A stretch of 64,000 bases of DNA from Octopus sinensis (Eukaryota): NCBI RefSeq assembly GCF_006345805.1, contig NC_043007.1, forward strand, positions 71,486,001 through 71,550,000, written 5' to 3'. A program made the position numbers and the translations under genes. Under the pieces are notes generated by a model. That model was given only the letters and a program-made list of their open reading frames with translations. It was not told the origin of the DNA and ran no database searches. Each line of letters opens with the position of its first letter. Position 1 is the stretch's first letter. This document shows, one piece after another, positions 1-11,113 of this stretch.

Positions 1-1539
1 TTTTGTTAAATGTCAATCCTCGAATATGTTTTTCTACATCACATGGTTTAATTCCTACAAGTTCAAAGGCTTTAATAAAGGGGGTTAGATCTTTCCCAAG
101 ATCATAGGCAACCTTCAACATATCACAAGCCCCTGAAGTGAAATCTGTATAATGATGCCAATATATTTCATTGGCAATAAGGAAAACTCGATAAGCTTCC
201 ATGATATCCATTTTTAATTCGTGTACAATGTAGTAAAAAATAAAATTATAAATCCCACTACCATGATGAGGATCCGTGTTTTCAGTGAAGTTATCTACAT
301 GACTTATCGATATATTGTCCAGGGATGGATCTGCCATAAATCTCAATGCTTCCTTATGTTTCAGGAGGTTGAAGCCAATTAACCAGTCATTTTTATCTAT
401 ATAATTTTCAGTAACTTCTCCTGTAATATCAGAAAAAGCCTCATTCATAGATCCAGACTGATTCAAGTAAATCAATCCAGAGTGTTGTTCTGTGAAACCA
501 TGAGCAAATTCATGTGCAACAACATCAGCATCTGTTAAAGGATAAAAGTATTTATAGCCATCACCAAATGTGCAATGTTTCCCATCCCAAAATGCCTCTT
601 CATAATTTTTCCCATAATGAACACGCAATATAGCTTGTTCGTTTAGTATTGAAGTATTATAACATTCCTGAAACATTTGAGATACTACACTGCCGTAATA
701 GAAAGCATCAAGTGCTGGAGATATCGCTGCATTGACACTATCATTAAAACCAACGTCACAAAGATAATACATAGGATCTGTATAATTAGAGACTCTCCCA
801 ATACTGTTTTGCATGTCTATAACCTTTACATAATTATTTTCCAGGAAACACATGTCACCAATTTGAGTTACAAAAGCTTTGTGATTTTTGTCACTAAATT
901 TGTATATTCCTGATTTTTCATTACCACCGGAACCAGTCAGTACTGTGGAAATGGTATCTAAATTGTTATATTTTAACAGTATTTCTCCAGTGTTACCATC
1001 AATGACAAATGTAGGCCGTTTAATAACTACTTCATTTTCTATTCTATAATTTATATCGTATACTAATCGAGGTTTGTCATTTTCATCCATGAAAATCATA
1101 ATTTCATATTCTGGTTCGATACTATTTGCGTAAATCTCATCTCCCTCTGCTTTAAAAGCAATATCAAAGACATCTGATTTGGAAAGCTTTGGTTTTACAT
1201 TTGTAATATCATCTTCAATTCCTTGAATAAATGTTCCTGTTGCATCACCAGTCAAATGTCCATCTTTATCTTCTGTAACAGTTAATGAAGCATCAAAAAC
1301 AGGAACACCTAAGAACTTCTCTTGTAAGCGTAAAACTTCTGTGCCTTCAACTGTTTTGATACGGTTTGACTCTTCAACTTCTTCATACTACTTCAAACCA
1401 AGAAGATCTCTGACTGTTACTTTAGCTTTATCTAAATGACGACGCTGAAACGGAGCTGAGGGATGATAAATCATCCTCCTTGCTCTTTCATGAGCATCAA
1501 CACGATAAGCTGCATCAGATGTCTTTATCAGTAATAAAC
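1..1539 (-). CDS. Exon 2 of a peptidase M4 (vibriolysin/pseudolysin-like) pre-pro-metalloprotease; continues beyond base 1; one in-frame TAG at 1390-1388, so possibly a pseudogene or null allele
   Basis: Acceptor ttttcattatttag|GT at 1540/1539. Manual translation: LLLIKTSDA-AYRVDAHE...RLQEKFLGVPVFDASLTV (FTP)...KPKLSKSDVFDIA...FVIDGNTGEILLKYN (PepSY)...GSGGNEKSGIYKF...NAAISPALDAFYYG...LRVHYGKNYEEAFWDGKHCTFGDG...VVAHEFAHGFTE (HExxH 514-500)...GSMNEAFSD (445-428)...DPHHGSG...GACDM...VGIKPC. Frame otherwise open to the window edge. Confidence 0.93.
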
Positions 1540-1809
1540 CTAAATAATGAAAACATTACAATTATTAATAACAGAACCATTAGGATTTTTTCTTTAAGAC
1601 GGACACTAATTTTTTGACAATACATAGTAAATAAACATCTGGGGCAGGCCTAATTTATTTTTTTAAAATTGTAATTAATTAACAATTCACATTAATACAA
1701 ATATGAACTTATAGTTTAAAATATATAGCTCATTGAAGAAATACATCAGTATCAAGAAATTCATCCAAAAAGAAATTCAATGGGTTTTTGCAGTTAATTT
1801 AGTGTTTGG

Positions 1810-3001
1810 TGAAATAGGGAGGTGATTTGTTAGACGGAATGAATAACTTTTAAGTGAATGGTTGCGAGTGACCTTTTAGTAAAACAACAAGCATAGCATT
1901 CAAACCAGAAATCTCAATACAAACATTTCAGATCGATTGAGTGTCAATCTGAAGACAGTGCAGAAGATTCGGAAAGAGTTGGATGAGTCCAATTGTAATT
2001 ACGAAGTTACGTCAGTTCCGAAAACTCACTCTGATCTGATAAGAAAAGAACTCCTGAAATTGTTGGTGAGATCCAGGCCATGATTGATAACGATTCCTCC
2101 AAGTCAATCAGGTCGATCGCCAGGGACATGAAAGTGTTTGAGTTTCTTATCAAGCAGGTAGTACTTCAAGGCATTCGGTATTCCTCATGCAAGATGAGAA
2201 AGGTCCAATTTTAATCTCAAGCCATCAAAGACAAGAGGAAAGACTGAACTACAGATCTTTTGAACAAACTCCCCTCTAACTGAACATGCTTTGGTTTTTC
2301 CCAGGTGAGTAAAAATTCTGCCAGGATTAGATGGTGAACACACAGAACCACCATTGGCTTGCTGTGTCCCCAAAACATGTACCGAGGGTGATAAAAATTA
2401 AACATCTCGTCAACATCATGATGTTTGGAGTGATCACTAGTCATAGCGACGTTATGCCTCCATTCATCTTCCCACGCGGCCTCAGACTCAACACGGAAGC
2501 CTACAACAAGTGCTTGGAAGTGTTAGCGTTGCCCTGGGTCAAGAGAGTGGCTGCTGGATGACCCTATGTCTGGCAACATGACTCTGCACTTGTCACACAA
2601 GCAGGAGAACCCAATCATAGTTGTCAGACAATTTCTGGGACCACATCACCCCTAACATCTGGCCACCTAACTCCCAGAATGCGATCCTCTTGATTATTGT
2701 GTGGGGCGCAGTTGAGAGACCAACAAAACTCCTTGTAACACTAAAGATGATCTGACGGCAAAGATTATAGCAGCATTCACCAGCTTAAGCAAGGAGACTG
2801 TCCTGAAGACCTGCAGTAGATTCCGGAGTTGTCTGGAAGTCATGGTTGAAACCAATGGCGATTTTATTGAATAAATTTACTTTTTAGTATTTCAAGATAT
2901 TTTTTATGTAATTTTGGTAAAATGTATCTGTTAAAATGAGAGGTCAGCATTATTTTCATATTTGCGTAATGTAGACGACGATTTATTCACCACACCTTGT
3001 A
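1810..3001 (+). mobile_element. Degenerate maT-family (ITmD37D) Tc1/mariner transposon, left end missing
   Basis: Broken transposase: KHLVNIMMFGVITSHSDVMPPFIF...WQHDSA...HITPNIWPPNS..(N)PLDY, consistent with DD37D spacing; right TIR-like end ttattcaccacaccttg|ta at ~3001. Confidence 0.75.
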
Positions 3002-3944
3002 TCCGTCTTGTGCGTTTACATTCCTGTCTTCTACCAAGAAATCTAATGCTTACAGCTTAGTTTTTTTCTTCTTGGGGCTGGCTGAGTTGGAGCAAATATA
3101 AGAATTGAACAGCCGAAATTTGCTATGATGATTCGGTGTCTGACTGAAGATTGAAGGCTTCGAATGATTTGTCTGTGTTCCGTGATCGTCCCTTCCTGTA
3201 TTTCACGTTCATTATATATAAAAACATTCATTCTTATATTATTGCGGCGTTACGTGCCCCCCCCCCCCCCCGTTTGTTTGTCCAATTTTAAACCCTGCAC
3301 GACTTCTTTACACACTGTCTTTTCCTACCCGCCATTGCTTCTTCACCAAACTATTTTGGCGCCCTCCGATTCTTCCCCCCTCTTCCTCCCATCCTCCTTA
3401 ATCCCTTCTTTCTCCTTTTCTCTTGGTCACTGATTCTGTCCCCTGCCTTCCAACCTCTTTGATTCCTCTCTCTCTGTCTCTCTTTCTCTCTCTCTCCTGC
3501 GACCTGCTGATTCTTAACCATTCTGTTGGCCATCGTATCTTGACCAACATGTGTCTCCGCTACCGAAACGGTAATTATTTCTACGCCAGCTGCTATGTTG
3601 TTGTTGTTTTGTCTCATTTGGTCTAAAGTCGTATGACAACCACCGTTATATATATTTTGTTTATTCATTACTGTTTTCAATTTCGTTTTCGTCTCTTGTA
3701 TTTACATCCGTCTTGTGCGTTCACATTCCTGTCTTCTACCAAGAAATATAATGCTTACAGCTTAGTTTTTTTTTCTTGGGGCTGGCCGAGTTGGAGCAAA
3801 TATCAGAATTGAACAGCCGAAATTTGCTATGATGATTCGGTGTCTGACTGAAGATTGAAGGCTTCGAATGATTTGTCTGTGTTCCGTGTTCGTCCCTTCC
3901 TGTATTTCACGTTCATTATATATAAAAACATTCATTCTTATATA
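3001..3944. repeat. Pair of ~240-bp direct repeats (3001-3239, 3706-3944) around a 470-bp spacer; pseudo-LTR-like ends of a Penelope-like element
   Basis: Near-identical atccgtcttgtgcgt...cattcttatat blocks; adjacent to Penelope-like RT fragment. Confidence 0.75.
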
Positions 3945-4069
3945 TATATATATATATATATACATATATATACATATATACACATACATCCATACATATG
4001 CACACATAAATACACATACATGCATTTTTTAATATTTTTGTGTTTGTTTTCCTCTGAGTCTGTAGTTGA

Positions 4070-4550
4070 GATGCCTTCTGCTTTCGTGACTACTGTGTCA
4101 ATTAATCTAGTGGGATATTTTTGTCCTTTTAGAAATACTTTTAATTCTTGTAATCTTCTATCCCTTAATTCTGCATCTATTACTATAGTGCAAATTCGTT
4201 TTGCCATATTAAAGGGTATGTTTCTTTTGGTATGTGAGGGAGGTGAGCAATGAATGTTCAAATACTGGTGTGTGTCAGAGGGTCTGCAGAAAAGGGCTGT
4301 TTTTATGGTGTTATCTTCTTTAATTAGAAGCATGTCTAAAAATGATAACTCCTTTGTGTGTCGTTTCATAGTGAATTTTATTGAGGTAAGTAAATTTTTG
4401 AAAAGTGAGTGAAAGATCCCTAAGAAGGACCTGCGAATGAAAAAGACACTGGAAACATATAGGATTATTAAAAGCAAATTACCCATCAAAAATACAACCC
4501 CACTAGTCAAAATGTGCAACCGCCCTAACTGCGGGATTTGCATCTTCCTC
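4070..4550 (-). mobile_element. Penelope-like element fragment: RT thumb on minus strand (4430-4070) abutting an inverted linker/endonuclease-lead piece on plus strand (4430-4550)
   Basis: IKFTMK...LSFLDML...DTHQYLN...HTKRNIPFNMAKRICTIV (minus); PLVKMCNRPNCGICIFLL (plus). Confidence 0.8.
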
Positions 4551-5100
4551 TTAGATGTTGTAGCTTCAGAGTATATAGGAATTTTTGAGAAATAATTTTT
4601 TGGATGGGGTGGAGAGAGGAGTTTTGGAAAATTCACACAATCTGACTTTTTTCCCTCATAACTTTCAGGAAGATGGGTATCTTTTAATGAAAATTTATAC
4701 AACTCCCTTTCAAACGGCATAGATTAGGATTATAAAGAAATTTGTGGGGGAAATTTTTTCAGGGCTTTTCCTCATTCTTTTTGAAACTACAGCTTTCGAA
4801 ATGATGGGGTGGGGAGGCATCTTTGTATGAAAAAAGTTTTGTAAACTCTTTTTTTATATATTTCTTCCTCCATCATCCCACTCCGAACCTATTTCCGCCA
4901 GTTTTTTTTTACACTTCAAAACTATGGGAAGAGTATTTAGGGTAATTTTTTTTTTTAATTGTTAATATTTTCAAGGAAAAAAATTGAGTGATTTAAGGGC
5001 GATTTGGATGTTGTTTCTAGCATATCCAAAGACAACCTTCCTCGTTTCTTTATCACTCTCGCATGTATTGTTTTTCAATATTTTCCCCATAATACATTTA

Positions 5101-5990
5101 TCTCTATATATAAAACTGAGAATGTGTGTCTGTCTGTCTGTGTGTTTCCCTAAAACTTGAAAACTACACAACCAATTTCATTCAAATTTTACACATGTCT
5201 TACTTAGGGTCCAGGGAGTGTCATCGGCAAAAAATGTTTAACTTTTTGCCTAGGGCGAGCCCACAGCAATATCATATCTTCTCCACTACGATTCCCTAAA
5301 ACTTCAGAACTACACAACCAATTTCATTCAAATTTTACACATGCCTTACTTAGGGTTCATGTAGTTTCATGGGCAAAAAAAATGTTCAACTATGGGCGAG
5401 CCCATTGCAATATCATATCTTCTCCACTATTTCAGTATTACGTGTTAAAAGTGAAACAAAAACATTTCTCTATTTTATGTCAGATACTTTCACTTTAACA
5501 ATAAAAATTAGAGATAATAATAACAATTGAATTATATGTTGTAAGTAATAATTAAAATCAAACTAAAGTATAATATAATCGTATCATAACAAAAGTAAAA
5601 ATAGCAATTGGTATAAAATTGCATCAATGACTTGAACTTGAATAAGTGGTTTCACATGAATGGGAATAAATTAAAAATAAAATTAGCGTGCAGAAATGGA
5701 ATATTATACATAAAGGACTATAGCTTCAACTGCGTACTGCTTTTTGATTCACCGTAAGGCTTGTTGTTATTAATATTACTGTTTAACTATTGTTATCACG
5801 TTTGTTGGTTCCTCGTAAGGGAAACGTTGTTGTGTTGCATTTGTTAAATAATTGTTTAAAAATTGAATTGTGTCCCTGTTTGGGGAAATTGACAATATTT
5901 TCACCGTTTACACGGAAGCATTTTTGTTAGAATGCCTTCGATAGAAGAAAGTCCAAAAATGAATTTCGCTGCAGCCGTCGGCGGGCGCGA
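5101..5990 (+). mobile_element. Non-autonomous Helitron-like element with an internal ~135-bp tandem duplication
   Basis: Starts A|TCTCTATATATAAAACTGAGAATG followed by (GTCT)n, the layout of Lep1/HINE-type elements; tacacaaccaatttcattcaaatttt...catatcttctccacta unit occurs twice (5167, 5310). Confidence 0.45.
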
Positions 5991-6124
5991 ACTCATTAAA
6001 ATTAAAATGGAAGAAATACAATCCTATTACGGATTGATCACCGACAAAGACGGTGAATCTAGGATAACACCACCAAACGAAATAAAAAATTAAATTAAAG
6101 AAAAGACTATTGTCTATTAAGTAT

Positions 6125-6470
6125 ACGATGTAGAGAAAAAAAAAGATTTGAACACCTGGAGGAAAGCACCATCGAAAAGTGTCTTGGTGCGACTATGAAA
6201 GATATCTAACCAGAGGCAGTAAATTCGCCACAATAGAAGCAAGGTTCGAATCAACGGAGCGTGCAAGGGAGTACTCGACTTGAACCTTGCAAAGTGGAAA
6301 TATGTTATTTTCACCTTTATATCTGGGACGTAGGACGTCCCGGATAAAAATTTAAAATGTCCCCCCAGAAGTAGAGGTAGGCTGGATTGTAGCCACACTT
6401 CTATACAAGATGGAGGACAAGATACTATTGATCGAAATTGCAAGAGATGGGCCTGCAATTCCAGTCTGTT
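6125..6470 (+). mobile_element. Degenerate non-LTR retrotransposon ORF1-like fragment
   Basis: Frameshifted YLTRGSKFATIEARFESTERAREYS...LFSPLYLGRRTSRIKI...PPEVEVGWIVA; family assignment from recollection only. Confidence 0.3.
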
Positions 6471-6942
6471 ATATATTTTGAGTATTGTTATCATTAGCGA
6501 TATCAAGATATAACTTTGTATTTTGTATTTTATGAGTAGATGTATATATATATATATATAGATGTACATGTAATATGTACACATATATATATACACATAT
6601 ATACATGCACTAGCACTATGATCCGGCAACGACGGGTCATAATGCTAGTATGCTATAAAAAAGAAAATTTGAGAAATTATGAATTTTTTGCAACCTCGCT
6701 CCCTGGCCCCGATTGTTTCTGTTTAGAAACGAAAAAAATTGGAGAGCCTGAGAAGGTCATTACTGGCATTTATCCACAGTGATTTTTAAGAATTACGGAG
6801 ATGTACTTGTATAGCAAGTGACTTGATATGAGATCGTGTGCTGACATAAAAACAATTGCAACATACACGTTTGTAAGCCATTCAAGGACACACAGAAACC
6901 GTTAGTTTCATGGCACTACAGAGGCACTACTTAAATACTTTA

Positions 6943-7156
6943 AGGCGGTGAGCCGACAGAAACGTTAGCCGCATTTCGTCTGTCTTTACGTTCTGAGTTC
7001 AAATTCCACCGAGGTCGACTTTGCCTTTCATCCTTTCGGGGTCGATTAAATAAGTACCAATTACGCACTGGGGTCGATATAATCGACTTAATCCGTTTGT
7101 CTGTCCCTGTTTGTCCTCTCTGTGTTTAGTTTTGTGGGTAGTAAAGAAATAGGTAT
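6943..7156 (+). mobile_element. tRNA-derived SINE, family B (ggcgg.gagctggcagaa.cgttagc head; gtagtaaagaaatagg tail)
   Basis: Shares gttcaaattcc.ccgaggtcgactttgcctttcatcctttcggggtcga core with copies at 25621, 27990 and 32890. Confidence 0.85.
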
Positions 7157-7187
7157 TTATGATGTCTGTGTACAAACAGCAACGCCG

Positions 7188-7840
7188 CATGATAGTGAAA
7201 CATGGGCTGTGACTACTAAGAGCATGTGAAGGCTTGAAAGAAATGAAGCAAATATGCTCTGCTAGATGGGTAATGTCAGTGTGCATATACAACAGGGTGT
7301 AAGTGATTTGAGAGAAAAACTGGGTATATGAGGCATCTCATGTAGTGTGCAAGAGAGAAGACTGCGCTGGTGCAGTCATGTAATGTGTATGAATGAATCA
7401 AAAACTGCCGAGCTCTAATTGTGGAGGGAATGCGTGGAAAAGGTTGACTCAGGAAGACTTGAGACGGAGTAGTGAGACAGGATCTTCAAATGTTTGGCCT
7501 CACAGAGGGGATGACTGGAAACCAAGACTTCTAGCAGTTTGCTGTGCTTTAGAAGACACATTAAGCCAAGTAAATACGCAGTCGTCCTTGCCTACAGGTG
7601 TGTCCCCTGCATCCCTCTTCAGCTAGGTATTCATAATCTTGCAAGCTAGTGCGTGTGAGTGCTACATAAAAAGCACCCATACTAGTGCCAAATGGCTGCT
7701 GTGTAAGAGCACACAATACACTTTGTACATTAGTTAGTATTAGGAGGGGCATCGAGCCATAGAAACTATGCCAAAACAGACTTGGAGACTGGGTAGGTCT
7801 TCAGCTGACCAGCCTTGGTCAAACGATCAAACCCATGCCA
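7188..7840 (+). mobile_element. RTE-clade LINE 3' end and 3' UTR, degenerate
   Basis: SETWAVT...RRLRW..HV...GRPRKTW-like remnants followed by aaaaagcaccc...caaacccatgccag UTR shared with other RTE copies in the window. Confidence 0.75.
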
Positions 7841-7956
7841 GATTGGATTCTATAAAATGTTTCATATAGAAAATGTGTCATTTGTCATCATAAGAAAACA
7901 TAAAGATAAAATATATGTAAATTTAAACAATGATAAGTTCTTGAAAATATACTTAC

Positions 7957-8008
7957 TGCCAAATAGAAGATACCAGGAATAAAATAATATAAACATCAAA
8001 TTCCTCAT
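7957..8008 (-). CDS. Exon 1 of the M4 protease gene (signal peptide N-half, MRNLMFILFYSWYLLFG)
   Basis: ATG at 8008, 17 codons + 1 nt, then donor A|GTAAGT at 7956. Phase 1 matches the exon-2 acceptor (A+GT=Ser) and gives a continuous hydrophobic leader MRNLMFILFYSWYLLFGSLLLIKTSDA. Donor and reading frame are conserved in the paralogous copy at 17896-17848. Confidence 0.82.
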
Positions 8009-8083
8009 GATTGCAAAATATTCACAAATATTATGCTCTTTCCAAAAACCAGCTCAAGGTTTAAACTGGTCCTTTCTTACCCT

Positions 8084-8091
8084 TATTTATA
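8084..8091 (-). promoter_or_regulatory. TATA box (TATAAATA) of M4 protease copy 1
   Basis: TATAAATA on the minus strand 83 nt upstream of the ATG; preserved unchanged in the otherwise ~80% identical paralogous promoter. Confidence 0.6.
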
Positions 8092-9139
8092 TTATGAGCA
8101 CGACTATTATGTGGAACACCCACTCTCTCAGTACCCTCGTTAGTTTACAAACGGAAAGGAACGCCAAATAATTGTTTTTGTCACGTATATTGAAAATAGG
8201 TTAATTTAGTCCCTATTATTTCTAAATTGCTACCTGACATTTAAGGTGAAATAATGAGGTATTTTTTATTTAATTATTTTTTCTCGTTCATTCTTATTTA
8301 ATCGACCCCTAAAGCTACAGAATCCATTCAATAAAAATTAGAAGCAATCTTAATAGGTTATATTCAAGGAGACTAAATACTATAATAGTAATAATTGGTA
8401 TAGATTAAAATTAATTATAATTTATATTCTTTTCCTTTTAGTTTCTTAAATAATCATCTACACATTCTTCCATAAAATTCTCTCCAATCTCATAAATGTC
8501 TGAAAAATTGAGGAAAAAAAGGCAAACTATCCATTTGATCAACCATATAGCAGAAATAGCATGTTTCTTTGCTTAAATTAATTACAATGAGCCAGGACAA
8601 TTGTCCTATGACACAGGGCAGTTTCAAAAGTTTATTATATTCAAAATTTTTTTCAGTGGCCACGTATTTCTTTTAAGAATCCTCTACAATTTAAATACTA
8701 TAACTAAGCTGTTACTACTTGTTAGACATGTACTTGACTTAATTTGGTTAACTGCAACCTCTGACTTGTGTTCCAAATTTTTAAAGTTATTCAATGATTT
8801 TAAATGAAAATTTTGGAATTGGCACAAAGGGATAACAATGCTTCTTAGTTATAAAGATAAACACACAAATTAACCATACTTCAAACAGTAACCATCACTG
8901 GGCAGTTTTAATATTCCAATAAAGAACTCTAGATGAAAATAGAATCTAATTACTAAGGATCAAGAAAATTAAGATTAATGGAAACTTCTATGCATCATTT
9001 ACTTCACCAAAGGTTCTGTTAAGTCTAGAATGAATAATAAAATGTTTAAAACTCTAATTTTAATATCTTAATAATACTAAAACTCTAGATGTTTGTACCC
9101 GAAATATCTCAGAAATAGTATATATTTTATCTTAATTTT

Positions 9140-9388
9140 TTTCATACTTAATAGTTGTTGTAGACAAACAACGGAAGTAATTTTATTCTGCTGAATACAC
9201 ATCATTGATTGGTTGAAATTACCGAAATAGGACTACTTTAACGTGAAATTACTTCGTAAATATAAGTTTTTCTCAAAAATGCTAAGAGTAAAAGATGTTT
9301 TATGACACATTCTACTAGTGTCTGAAGTTTGAAAGTGTTTAGTTACAAAAAATTATTTTTAAAATCTGTAGGTCAAAGGTAAAGATCC
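9140..9388. mobile_element. Single arm of a GGATCTTT-ended MITE
   Basis: Ends ggtcaaaggtaaagatcc; highly similar to 36885-37228 and related to the five complete MITEs. Confidence 0.7.
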
Positions 9389-9769
9389 TTAATTTTTATT
9401 TTATTTTTATTTTCTACTCACTGTTCCAGTTACAATGCTTTTGAAAAACCGTTCAAATGTGTATGTGTTATGTGAACTACATCATAATATTATACGTATA
9501 GCTTAAATTCTTATTCCATTCTGAATCACAACTGCCCGACAAACGGGAATGGGAAATTCTGAGTTGCAGTTTTTTGTGATATTTTTTATGATGTTTTTGC
9601 AGCTTTGACAATAAAGCATATAACTCTGCCTCCGGTATTGAAGTACCGTTTTTTCCCACTTTGCTTCACATTTATGTGCTTACTTTGGTGTACCCCGCTC
9701 TTTTTCAAGAAAGTTTGAACGACTCTCCACAAGAAGAAAGAAGAAACAGCTGAAAAAAAATGGAACTCT

Positions 9770-10730
9770 ACCCATTGGATTTTTCTATGAAAAAACATGT
9801 ATTCCCACGCAGAAACAATATCTCAGAAGCCTAATTGAGAAAACAGGGCACTTTATCCGAAGAATGAGATAGCAGGAATATTTCTTTGATATGAAAGAGC
9901 AACAGAATAACGTAAACAAATACAGACTTAAATCTACTAAAAACTCACCACCTATTTCAGAATTAGAACTTTTTGGAAAAGGCTTTTCAAACTCATTACG
10001 ATAAAATTTCATAAAATCAGCAATTCACTCCAGAGAATTATGAACGAAAAAATTAGAAGCATAAATAATTCAGATACGATTTTCGTGAACTCCAACAAAA
10101 CAAAAAACAAACTATAAGCGGCTGAAAAAGATCTTTACAAACGACTTTTTCTAATAGCATTAGAGACACTTATAAAAAAAGCTAACACTAATTTATATAA
10201 AGAAGTGAATAAGGAAGCAAGAAGGATCACTACCATTCTTAGAGTTAGTGATAGGATAGAATACCTTCCTCCGCGTCAACCCTTTATTAATTACCCTTAA
10301 GGACCACTAAGCCAATTTTTGTAGAAACCCTAAATGTCGACTAATTAACCCAGCAAAAACAGAAATAGTTATTATTAGCAAGAATATCTTAGATTCTATT
10401 CTAAATAAGTTAGATACGGAATTAGATTTATGGATTTGGGGTAATGGTAAGTTCATAATAGATTATAGCATTAGACATAGAAATAATTGCAAATTTACGC
10501 AATTTGATATTGTCAACGTTCACCCGTTAATATCCATGCCACTACCTCTTAAAGCATTAGATTTCGCCAAACAATACATTAGCATCGACAGTTCAGATAT
10601 AGATATTATCCTGCATACCAGGAAATCCCTCCTTTTTTATGGCAATTTCACCTGGGTTAAAAAGATTGAAGACTCTTTATTGCCTTTATTTGATGTGCCG
10701 ATGGGTGCGTACGACAGGGCGTAAATTTGT
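9770..10730 (+). mobile_element. Penelope-like element, Naiad-type RT 5' half, frameshifted and truncated
   Basis: QYLRSLIEKTGHFIRRMR...LKDH.ANF..NPKCRLINPAKTEI...QFDIVN...KALDFAKQY...RKSLLF...FDVPMGAYD(G)A motifs. Confidence 0.75.
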
Positions 10731-11113
10731 ATATTCCTGATTTTTCATTACCGCCGGAACTGGTCAGTACTGTGGAAATTGTATCTAAATTGTTATATTT
10801 CAACAGTATTTCTCCAGTGTTACCATCAATGACAAATGTAGGCCGTTTAATAACTATTTCATTTTCTATTCTATAATTAATATAGTATGTTAATCGAGGT
10901 TTGTCATTTTCATCCATGAAAATCATAATTTCATATTCTGGTTCGATACTGTTTGCATAAATCTCATCTCCCTCCGCTTTAAAAGCAATATCAAAGACAT
11001 CTGATTTGGAAAGCCTTGGTTTTACATTTGTAATATCATCTTCAATTCCTTGAATAAGTGTCCCTGTTGCATCACCAGTCAAATGTCCATCTTTATCTTC
11101 TGTAACAGTTAAT
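10722..11113 (-). pseudogene. M4 protease paralogue, exon-2 fragment (end of FTP, PepSY, start of mature domain); no catalytic domain
   Basis: 392 bp ungapped match to 895-1286 with 16 substitutions by manual count (~96%); ORF track 10657..11082 translates it. Bounded by a CR1 tail upstream and a Penelope-like RT downstream. Confidence 0.92.

Larger units (their letters stand above)
7846..8902. repeat. Segmental duplicate A: M4 exon 1 plus about 0.9 kb upstream region
   Basis: Colinear similarity (roughly 80% by eye) with 17737-19203, e.g. gattctataaaatgtttcat / gattctacaaaatgtttcat and caaattaaccatacttcaaacagtaac in both. Confidence 0.9.

Noticed and set aside
677-913. Plus-strand 78-aa ORF
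   Set aside because: Antisense shadow of the M4 coding exon.
1-1539. M4 protease as bacterial contaminant sequence
   Set aside because: It has a spliceosomal acceptor, a phase-matched upstream exon and TATA box, host-like AT content, a paralogue interleaved with host TEs, and is contiguous with animal repeats.
3144-3180. Hammerhead-like CTGAAGA...GAAT...GTC in both 240-bp repeats
   Set aside because: GAAA box is GAAT in both copies and stem I does not pair; at best a decayed relic.
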